This document shows positions 53,481 to 64,000 of a DNA stretch of 64,000 nucleotides, piece by piece; positions within the stretch are counted from its first letter, which is position 1, and each line of letters opens with the position of its first letter. The notes under the pieces were generated by a model that was not told where the DNA came from, searched no databases, and was given only the letters and a program-made list of their open reading frames with translations. The translations under genes and the position numbers were made by a program. The stretch is taken from the NCBI RefSeq assembly GCF_006345805.1, contig NC_043002.1:65534001-65598000 (forward strand), given 5' to 3'. The stretch comes from Octopus sinensis (Eukaryota).

Positions 53481-54050
53481 TAACAAGGACATAATACAAA
53501 AGAATAATTAGAAAAGGAAGCAATAAAAGAGGCAACACAAAAAATATCACCGACAACAACAACTCAAAGTACGATTTGCCGATTTATAACCAAGAATCTA
53601 AAGAAAAAGAACAAGCGAAAATCAATGAACACGAAACCAACAATACATACATATTTCCTCATACAAAGATGTAATTATTTCGTGGTTTGGGTCATTTTTG
53701 AATCATTAGAACCTCGTTTCTAGATTTCCAGCAGGAATTTCTTTCGGTTGTTATATGTGGCATTTATGGAATAACGCTGGTTCCAATATTTGATTAACTT
53801 TAGCAGGAAATGGACTGCAAAAATAGCGTTGGGTTAAAAACCAGCGCAAAACAAAGTTATACCGAATGCAAGTCTTGATATATGATATGAATGCGAAATT
53901 TGCAAATTCTCTCGGAAGTTGACCGAAAAATATGGATGTGGAGATATATGTATTTGTATGTATGTATGTGCGTGTGTGGATAAATAGCTGCAAGAGAGTT
54001 TGATTGCGATGTTATGTCTCTTTCTCTCTCACTCTCTCCCTCCCTTCCAC

Positions 54051-54081
<31 letters not shown>

Positions 54082-54100
54082 AGCCACACACATATGTGTA

Positions 54101-54185
<85 letters not shown>

Positions 54186-54713
54186 CAGATAGATAGATAG
54201 ATATATAGATACAGATATAGATATATAGATATATAGAATCACAGACATACATACATACATATATACACACACACACACATATATGTATATATACATATAT
54301 AATATATATTCGTACTTCCATAGATACTTGTACAGAGGGGTATGTATATGCGTGTGTGTGCATACCTTGTGTATTTTCGAAGTGTGAGCGTATGTATGTA
54401 AATATGTATGCATGTATGTACATAAATGTATGTGTATACAAATACACTAATATATATATGCATACATATACACAGAAACGCCATATATGCATGCACATTG
54501 TTATATAGTTGAATTACTACCATCGTGTATGAGTGATTGTGTGCAAATATCCATTTTCTAGATAATTCTCATATTCATATATATATATATATGTGTGTGT
54601 GTGGTGTGTGTGTGTGTGTGTGTGTATGTGTGTATATGTATATATATATTATATGTATAGATGTATATATATAAATATGTACATATATATATGTATATAA
54701 ATAATATATATAT

Positions 54714-54775
<62 letters not shown>

Positions 54776-55374
54776 ATATTATATATATATATATATATAC
54801 ACGCATACACATAAACTTCTTTAACTAATTTCAACTCGGGAGCTGTGGGCATACTACATACATACATACATATATACATACATACATATATACATACATA
54901 CAAACATACATACATATGTACATACGTACGTACATACATACATGTGTGGGACAACTGAGTAAGTATGCATATCGGCAGTTGTGTGCCAACGTTTGAAGGG
55001 GAGGATAATAGAAAGAAAGAAAGAAAGAAAGAAAGAAACAAACAAACAAACAAACAAACAAACAAAGGAAGGAAGGAAGGAAGGAAGAAAACCGGGTTGG
55101 AGTGACTGGAGGTGTAAAGATGGAGGAAGATTGAAAAGAAATTAAGACAGAGCATTAGAAGTCTAAAGAAGAGAATACATTCTTGTAGCTAGATAAATCT
55201 TCTTTCCTCTATTTTCCTAAAAAATGGAAATGAGCCGTTGCGATGTTGAAGCCAATGAGAGGGTTCGGCTGGCTTCTTTATTATTATTTTTTTCCTTCTA
55301 GTGAGTCAGTTGCGTTGATTTATTTGATATTATTTCATGGATGTAAATGAAAGATAATTTGGCTAGAAGAAGGT

Positions 55375-55538
55375 GGTAGAAGAAGAAGAAGAAGAAGAAG
55401 AAGAAGAAGAAGAAGAAGAAGAAGAAGAAGAAGAAAAAGAAGAAGAAGAAAAGAAGAAGAAGAAGAAGAAAGGAGAAGAAGAAGAAAGGAGAAGGAGAAG
55501 AAGAAGAAGAAGAAGAAGAAAGGGAAAACGAAGAAGAA

Positions 55539-55569
<31 letters not shown>

Positions 55570-55570
55570 C
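55375..55570. repeat. (GAA)n microsatellite
   Basis: Directly visible. Confidence 0.95.
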
Positions 55571-56761
55571 TGAGTTGTAGGATGAGATGAACATACGCAA
55601 GTGATGAACGGCCGTAGCACCAAAGAGAAGAAAAACGCCTAAGTAACATAATAAACAGCATAAAATAACAATTGCACTGTAAGACTAACAGTATTACAAG
55701 TGCACTGTTACAATATATACAAATAAAAAACGAAACTGAAATTTAACAAAGAAAAAAACACATTTAAAATCAAAACACAGATAAAAGAAAAGCACGCAGA
55801 ATGATGCTAACTAATGTGTTACACGGCTGGCTAGCAGTTTAATTATCGCTCCGATACTAATCAGAAAATAGTTTGGGAAATTAAGTTTTGCTTTCTTCTA
55901 CATTGAGTTTTCACGCCAAGGAACCGCCATCCGAAATAATACGATAAAAATAATTCCCAAACAACAACAACAACGGAACAAAGACTAAAACAAAACTAGA
56001 ATAAAAATCAGAAAAATTAATTCTGCAGGTCCAAAAACAGCAACAAAATTATAAAACAATTATAAAACATCGGTTCAGAGATTAGACTCCCTCCTCCAAT
56101 ATTTCTAAATTTTCCAAAAATTTTAATCAAATGTAATTATTGGCGTTTAATATTTAGCTTGTCTTATTTTTTTTTTCAGATTTTAAATATTCCTTAGAGG
56201 GAGATTGTGATTACTGATTACTTGGATAATCTCAGTTGATTGAATTTTTTGAAAGGAAATCATTATATAACATGCGTAGGCGGTGAGTGGCCGAATGATT
56301 GAGGAATTCACTTTGAACCATGGGTTGCTGGATTCGATCTCATTTCGTGGTATTTTGGTCAAATGGCATTGTTTACAGCCTTGCTACGAGTCATAGCTTT
56401 TGAGTAAAACTGGGTAGACGGAAACAATATAAAAGCCTCAACTGGTCAAGATCAAACAACTGACAAGCAAATATGTGGTATTGAGTAGAATATTTGCTGT
56501 AGCCCATCTTTTATACCAAGGCAAAACAATGTACATGATAACACTTCCAATCAGTTAAGATCAGAAGCCACTGCCGGGTACTGCATCAGGACATTTTATC
56601 ATTATTATTATTATTATTATTATTATCATTATACGTTGTAAAAGGAAGACGGAGGGCATATGTAAACCTCTATACTAGTAGACACTCGTAGTCCGAGAAA
56701 GACAGTTCAGCAGTTACTTGCTGTACAAACTTATACAAATTTGTTTGCAGTGATCAAATGT

Positions 56762-57102
56762 AAAAGGGTAAAGACCCCCTTCGGTCATGAATAACCATGG
56801 GATTGCACCGAGAAATTTCCCCTCCGAAGCACAGGTCCGGGCAAGGTTGTTTATGGAAGACCAACAATCGCATATGCATACCAGCCTCCCGTCTCCACAC
56901 CACTGATGTTATCCGTGGGAAAGGCAAAGGGACCGGTGCAGCTTGGTACCAGTGACGTCGCAACTCATTTCTACAGCTGAGTGAACTGGAGCAACGTGAA
57001 ATAAAGTGTCTTGCTCAATAACACAACACGCAGCCCGGATTCGAGCTCACAACCTCACGATCGTAAGCTCGACGCTCTAACCACTGAGCCATGCGCCTTC
57101 AC
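56762..57102 (-). mobile_element. SINE family C, full length
   Basis: Minus head GTGAAGGCGCATGGCTCAGTGGTTAGAGCG...GCTCGAATCC, CORE-like middle, tail ending GGGGGTCTTTACCCTTTT. Confidence 0.9.
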
Positions 57103-57378
57103 ATATATAAATACAGATATTATATTATATATGTGTATGTGTGTGTGTGTGTGTGTGTGTGTAATACATGTTCGCCATTATTTTGTTTATGTCAATTCTA
57201 AAGCGAATCTATGATTATGTTTCTTCATATTTATATATAGGACTACAAAATTATAGGGTGACGTATAGTTGATCGGGCTGATTATTATATTGTATGTATG
57301 TATGTATGTATGTATGTATGTATGTATGTATGTATGTATGTATGTATGCATTGAAAAGCAGCTAAAACATCACAAAGT

Positions 57379-57415
57379 CTGTTACTCAGAGTCTCACGTT
57401 CCCGTTCGTCAGACA
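57379..57415 (-). ncRNA. Compact type I hammerhead motif, one core change (GAGAC)
   Basis: Minus: UGU-CUGACGA-ACG[GGAA]CGU-GAGA-C-UCUGA-GU-A-ACAG. Confidence 0.55.
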
Positions 57416-57428
57416 TTCTAAACAAAAT

Positions 57429-57465
57429 TGTCCGACGAACAGAAACGTGAAACTCTGAGTAACAG
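57429..57465 (+). ncRNA. Compact type I hammerhead motif, one core change (CCGACGA)
   Basis: Plus: UGU-CCGACGA-ACA[GAAA]CGU-GAAA-C-UCUGA-GU-A-ACAG. Confidence 0.55.
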
Positions 57466-57589
57466 TTTTTGTAATATTTTTGCTGCTTTTCAATAAAGCT
57501 GTTTTTACTCTACCTCTGGTATTCGAGTACTATCTTTTCCATCTTGTTTCGCATTTATGTGCTTAATCCGGTATGTATGTATACATATT

Positions 57590-57632
57590 CAGTAATCCCT
57601 CACCATATCGCGGTTCACCTATCACGCACTCA
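57590..57632. mobile_element. Possible pogo/Tigger-type TIR fragment
   Basis: CAGTAATCCCTCACCATATCGCGGTTCAC resembles Tigger-like termini; partner TIR not found. Confidence 0.35.
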
Positions 57633-57946
57633 TTACATCACGCCCTCAGTACATCAGATATTGTAAAGCTGTCCGTTTGAATAACATCAAAAGATCATCG
57701 TACGGTCCAGCAAGCTGTGTTATGTGGTTTAACTAAATTCACCCTCAACGCATGAGCAACCATTTGTTTTTGGTAAAATACAAATTCACAAAACGCTATG
57801 CAGTGGGATCGAACATGCCATAGCATGGTTACAAGATTTTTAGTACACGGTAATACCTGCGACCTAGTTACGCATGGATACAGGTTGATGGAAGTACAAG
57901 CATCACACACACACACACACACATTCACACACACACACACACACAT

Positions 57947-57989
<43 letters not shown>

Positions 57990-58237
57990 CATACATACAG
58001 ACATACAGGCACACATGCATACAGACAGACAGACAATCAGACAGACAGACATATATGTATATTATATAAGTGTTATAGGCATTCTATCTTACCCTCCCAC
58101 ACATTTAATCAATAACAATGAAGAAAAACAGGTTTACATTTATGCATACATTCATATTAAAACATGCATAGACACACATATACATATATACATGCATACA
58201 CGCATATATATATATACATACATACACACACACACAC

Positions 58238-58315
<78 letters not shown>

Positions 58316-60519
58316 TTACTTTAAGGTGAGCAAAAGTGTACGTACGATGCTAAATGTATATATAACTATAAATTTTGGAACAAAAACGCAATGGAAGTAA
58401 TTATATATATACATGCCTATATTTATACTTCACCTTTTGAATTTGTTTTTCTTCGACATTAATCTTTCGGTAAATGCATCTCTAGTTGGCTACATTTCAA
58501 TCAGCATTCACAAGAGAAAAAGAAATCCACTTAAGAATCTGATGAATCATCTAACTTACCATGTTAATTACAGACAAACTCCCCCTCATCCTACACTTAT
58601 TCACGCCTCCCCTTCTTCCTCCCCCTCCTTCCCGTCCTCCTCATTCTTTTACGTCCTCTTCCTCCTACTCACCTTCCACTATTTATCGTCTTCTTGTTCC
58701 ATCTTTTTCCTCCGCTCCGCCGCCTTCCCTCCTTTTTCTTTCTCCTCCCGCTACCTCTCCTCATTTTCATCATCATCATCTGCATCATAGATTTAGCATC
58801 GCCGTTGTCACCCCGCCCCCGCTTCCTCTGTTTCCTTCTCTCTCATCCTACTACACACTATTTTCCTTTCCTCCTCCTCCTCCTTATCATCATCAACATC
58901 ACCATTATCATCATCATCATCATCATCGTCGTCATGCTCCTCATCATCATCGTCGTCATCATCATCATCATCATCATCGTCGTCGTCGTCGTCGTCGTCG
59001 TCATCGTCGTTGTCGTCATCATAAGTATATAATCATTGTAGCTAGCATCGATTATTTCATTGTACTCTTTGTACCTATGAAAATGACTCTGAGAAAAGCC
59101 ACTTACGACGCTTTATAATACATGTTCGCCATTATTATGCTTATGTCACTTCTAAAGCGAATCTATGATTATGTTCCTTCATATTTATACATAGGACTAC
59201 AAAATTATAGGGTGGCCTATAGTTGATCGGATCGACTCCAGTTCAAGACTGATAATTATATTTATTGAGTTGTGATGGATGAAAAACAAAGTCAACTTTA
59301 TTGGGATATGAACACATAAAAGTATCAGGCTCTTAGGCTTTTAATAATGGTTTCTAACAGATGCGAAACGTGTCTCTTTCCGCTCACCACTAGCACCAGT
59401 ACCGCTACCATCATCACCACCACTTTCGCCGCCTCCACTACCAGCACCATCATGTTGTGGGGAAACAGTGTTGTTAATACTTGATTCGTAGGTTACTAAA
59501 GGCATCGATACCAAGAGGAAAGACACCAAACATGACCCTTGCATATTTTGACCTCAATTGATGATAATGATGATGATGATGATGACGACGACGACCTATT
59601 TAATGTTAATGAAATGCTGAGGAGCACGCGTTTGTGCATAGTTTAGCTACGACATGTCCAAGCCTCCAAGCTTGTAGATAGCAGCTGGGGTGCCTGGCCG
59701 GCAGAACCCGTTCCCCACCTCTGGTTTTCCTTGAAATAAGGTAATGGAGGAGGAGAAGGAAGAGGGGGAGGAAGAGGGGAGGAGGAAGAGATGGAGGAGG
59801 AAGATGGGAGGAGGAAAAGGAGGAGGAAGATCAAGTGAAAGAGGAGGAGGAAGATGAGGTGAAAGAGGAGGTGGAAAATGAGGAGGAAGATGAGGTGAAA
59901 GAGGAGGAGGGAGATGAGGTGAAAAAGGAAGAGGAGGTGAAAGAGGAAGAGGAAGAGGAAGGGTGAAAAGGAGGAAGAGGAGGAGGAATTTAGGAACAAG
60001 GCCAGGAATTTTGAAGGCTAGGGATCACACACAATCATGGACAACAGGACTTGACAAGTACTCTTCCAATTTATTGACTTCGAAAGGATGGAAAGCAAAA
60101 GGATCTTCAAACAACATAAGATACCCACAGCAGTTAATCTAATGTTCCAACCATTATGCCAATCTGAAAACTTACTGGTGGCAATGGCATTAAGGAAATC
60201 AATGGGCTACCTCAGTATGGATATGCTCTGCTTCTTTTCAAAAACTGGACAAACATACAGCCAAAGGAATTTGGTAGAAGAAATAGGAAGCAGCTCACAT
60301 TGCCTTACGCTTGCGGCTATCAAGGTAATACTCTAGATGCTCTGTTTATCGAAATAGGAGGAAACAAAAGTTCATTAAAAGCAGAAAACATTTAGGTTCT
60401 GAAGACGTATGAAAGGCATGGTGAAGAGAAATTATCTGCGGCTAGAAATATAGAAATCACTGAAATAGTGAGTTTTGAAGAATAGAAAAGAAACACTAGT
60501 GAATACATGTCTATGCGTC

Positions 60520-60972
60520 ATTTGTCACATGACCAGACCTTCGTGCATTGGATGTTGACAGCAAATGGATCGTCTCGCCAACAAAAATCGTCCCTTCCTC
60601 ATAAAGTGGAAGCGTAAGTACGCCAGTGGTCTGACAAAGTATGAGAGTTATGCGGTAGTAGAGATCGGATGCAATGAAAGCGTTCGCTACCTTCATTCTA
60701 CATCTTTTTGTCAGCTTCTCTGCCCAGTTCTTGGTGAGTTTGGCCATCCGGCTCATCAGTTCATCCCATTTGTTATCTACCTGGTGTTCTGAATCTAACC
60801 AGATTCCGAACATCTTAACCGGTCCTCCCTTCAGGACGCTGTTGGATAGTATAGATCAACTGTCCCGCTAATGTCAGCACCAATGATCCTGGATTAGACT
60901 CATCGCCGCTGAAAGAATAAAAATTCTCCCTTCTCTATTTCTATCTCTGTCTGTCTCTCTCTCTCTCTCCCC

Positions 60973-61006
<34 letters not shown>

Positions 61007-61140
61007 CTTGTTTCTCAGCTGTCATTTGCTGATCAACAGGCGCTTGCTTAGTCAAAACCATGCATGCCACCTCGCCCTTCAGCAAATTTACTGGAGGACA
61101 GCGCCTCCTGCTCTACCCGCATCTTCATTTCTAAGTGTAA
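60520..61140 (-). mobile_element. Decayed Tx1/L1-like ORF2 fragments (post-RT region and C-terminus)
   Basis: GPVKMFGIWLD...KW...KLTKNW...DLYYRITL..., LFHFMRKG...RRSICCQHP...GLVM; 61060-61140 resembles the C-terminus at 63480-63560. Confidence 0.7.
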
Positions 61141-62789
61141 GCTGAAAAGGTCAACGGAGATCAATCAATTTTCTTCGATACCCAGAATTTCTGTGGATAC
61201 GTTTTTGCTCTTTTCCAGTGCCAGTCCTTTATAGAACAGCTAACTGAAATTCCTACCGACTGCACTGCGCGACATGTAGAGGACAGTGAGCGCTAAATGT
61301 CAGTCACCCCAATCTTGGTTCCGTTTGACCCAAATCTTTCCTAAAATATGTATGTTCTTGTGCCAAATTCAGAAATCATTTTCATCATTATTAGACGAAC
61401 TTAGATACTATCTGTTATACACTTTGGTTGGAAAAAATACACTCTTATTAAATACTGTTTGATATAGTCTTGATTGCAGCCACGCACCAAAATGCCTAGC
61501 TTTGAGCCTATGTTACAAAAAAATATTCGTTTTTTGTTGTTCTTGTTGTTGTTGTTATTCTGTTTATATATTTGTCCTCTGTTTATTTATAGTTGTAATC
61601 ACAGTGTATCTGTTGACTACTGTTCATGTTTCTATACGTAGTGTTTGTGCTGACTAATGTCAAATGAAAATAATGTGAAAATAATGTATCGTTCTATCAA
61701 GTCTTAAAGACTTGAGACAGGAAATACTTTCCTTCGTATAATATCAGTTCTAAGCAATGCAAATCTTCGTGGCGTTTTTATCGTGTTGCTTTTCTTTTTC
61801 TCTTCGTCTTTGAAGTAGAATGAACCTGACGATGTTAGCGTTCCAACTATTATTAGAGTCACACTTCTTCTTCGTCTTCTCCTCCTTCTCCTCCTTCCAC
61901 TTCTTCTTCTTCTTCTCCTCCTCCTCCTCCTTCTTCTTCTCCTCCTCCTCCTCCTCCTTCTTCTTCTTCTTCCTCCTCGTCTTCTCTTTCTCCTTCTTCA
62001 CAATCTTGAAAGCTACACTATGTTGTAACCACTTAAGATTTTTTTCTTCCTTACGTGTTCCTTTCCACAATATTGTGGTTTCTCGGTATAGTAATGTCAA
62101 TAATGGAACATTAGTTTGTTTCTTCTTTTTTTTTACCAATACAATGCTAGGTTTTCACTCTTTCATTAAACTGGGTTTTTTTTGGGGAGGTCTTTTTGTC
62201 TTCAGTTTGTTGAATTACTATGTTATTCTTTGAGTTCGAAATCAACCGGAACGAGCATTACCTTTCGTTCTTTAAAAGTCGATTAAAGTATCAAGCAATT
62301 AGTTGGATCAATTTAATTGACTATAACTTAAATCCAAATATTTATGGATTTGCACCTGTGTTGGATGTCATAATCATCGCTGTCATCGTCGTCATCATCA
62401 TTAACATCATCATCATTATCTTCATCATCGCAAACCCATTCTCCAGGCTCTTTACGTTATTAGTTCAAATACCGCGGTTGTCGACTTTGTCTTTCTTCTT
62501 TTCTGGTTCGATGCAATAAAGTGCCAGTTAGATTTCAGAATTGTTTGAGCAAAGGGCGAAATACCTTGTTGTCTTTCTTTTGGTTCTTAAAGTATTTGGT
62601 TCACGTCCTGCCGATGTCAGCTTTGTCTTACATCCTTTCAAAGACGATTAAGTACGTAACAGTACTTGTGTCAATGTAACTGTCTAGACCCTTCCCACAA
62701 AAATTCAAGCTTTGTGACAATATTTGAAAGAATTTTCATGAACATTTGATGAAAAATGTCAGCTTATTTTGCTGGGTATGATGGAAAGT

Positions 62790-63042
62790 TCCGGCTGCCC
62801 ACAACCAGCAGGCTAAGGTGACACTTGTTTACTGATCATGCTTCAATGACCCAGCGGAGATCTCTTGCTGTTCCAAGCAATAATGATTTTTGTAGGTGTT
62901 CTATCTATACATTTGTACTAACCCTTTTGAGCCATATTGGATTGCTGATACTTCCAAGCGCGCCAGTTACTACTGGTATCACGTCCACTCTCTTCATTGC
63001 CAACAACGATGTATTTCCCACTTCAAATCTTCATAGTTGTCT
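62790..63042 (-). mobile_element. 3' end of an R4/Dong-like LINE
   Basis: NYEDLKWEI...MKRVDVIPVVTGALGSI...HLQKSLLLGTARDLRWVIEA*. Confidence 0.8.
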
Positions 63043-63044
63043 CC

Positions 63045-63896
63045 GCCCCTCACTCCGCCGAGATCGAACTGGCTAGTCTGTTCTGGAGGACTTTTCGGTT
63101 GGGAACTATCATGGATAATTTTCAAATGTCCTTGGTCTGGCTGTGGTACGGGGTGGGGAGCCGCTACAGGTTTTAGACAAACTCTACAGGCACGGATATG
63201 CTTTCAGACGGAATTGCCCGAGGTGCACACCCTCATTCAGTGTCCGGGCATTGCTAACTTGTGGGGTTATGCCAAACAGCTGCTGTCACGTGTGGCAGGG
63301 ATCGGTCTGTCGGCCAAGTCTGTAGTGATGATCGCACCGCTACTCTCCTTCAGTCGAGCAGGCAAGGGAGTTTTCCTTTGCCTGATGGCTATGGCAAAAG
63401 CCTGAAAGGAAGGATGTTTGGGGACAAGGCTGAGGAGAGATGCATATCTCTTTAGTACAGCTCTCATTGACTTCTTCAAGTTTCACTTGAAAAGGATATT
63501 TGAGAGTTCGGAGAGAAGTGCTGTCCTTGAGTAAGTTTATTGAAAGGTGGGTGAAATTTGCGAAATGGTAAGTGTAGACGTGTGAGTAGGAGAGAAGGAA
63601 CTGGAGAGGGCACTTGCTCTAGGAGTTTCAAGGAAATTTCGAACAGTGGTGTTCCTCGATTACCCCTAGAGGCCTTCCTGCATCAGGAGCGCCACATCTC
63701 TAACATCCTCCCCGCTACTTTTTTTAAACTTTTGTATGTTATGTATATGTCCCTTATTTCCCAGTGTATACCGTGTATACTTCCTTTTCATTTTTTGACC
63801 CTGTCATAACAAAACCCCCACACTTTGTACTGTCTTTATACTGTCCTCCTCATCCCTCGCACTTGTGACAAATAGATGAAATCATTATTGTTATTG

Positions 63897-63967
<71 letters not shown>

Positions 63968-63985
63968 GTTATTATTATTATTGAG
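63045..63985 (+). mobile_element. 5'-truncated Tx1/L1-like LINE: ORF2 C-terminus (zf-RVT-like), 3' UTR and (ATT)n tail
   Basis: VLDKLYRHG...NCPRC / HTLIQCPGIANLWGYAKQLLSRV...FLCLMAMAK / FFKFHLKR...LSKFIERW; followed by UTR and (ATT)n from ~63885. Confidence 0.8.
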
Positions 63986-64000
63986 TGAGAGAGCAGCGAA

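Larger units (their letters stand above)
57350..57494. repeat. Imperfect palindrome with a hammerhead motif in each arm
   Basis: ATTGAAAAGCAGC...CGTTCGTCAGACA versus TGTCCGACGAAC...GCTGCTTTTCAAT. Confidence 0.85.

Overview
AT-rich, microsatellite-saturated animal genomic DNA, probably intronic or intergenic sequence from an octopus-like cephalopod (inferred from four recurring tRNA-derived SINE families and the repeat landscape). I can support no host exon, rRNA, true tRNA gene or CRISPR array. Almost all listed ORFs are read-throughs of simple repeats. Real coding signal comes only from decayed transposons: a Helitron helicase C-terminus, a Penelope-like (Naiad-type) RT, a Tc1 DD34E transposase, RLE-type LINE ends (R4/Dong-like, HERO-like), and Tx1/L1 ORF1 and ORF2 pieces. 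The most notable signal is non-coding. The best case is a 2.8-copy tandem array of a ~600-bp unit (48094-49762, minus strand) between (TA)n tracts. Each unit carries a complete type I hammerhead ribozyme with a canonical core and an unusually long stem II, i.e. a retrozyme-like element that could release ~600-nt RNA monomers or circles. Three further unrelated hammerhead or hammerhead-like families lie at 13.6/14.9 kb, 26.8/43.1 kb and 57.4 kb. Other points: an ORF1-only Tx1-like insertion with a 15-bp TSD inside a SINE head, an R4/Dong-like LINE embedded in (CATA)n, a 260-bp near-perfect palindrome, and several near-identical tandem duplications that may partly be assembly artefacts. All motif and structure calls were made by eye; no search or folding program was run.
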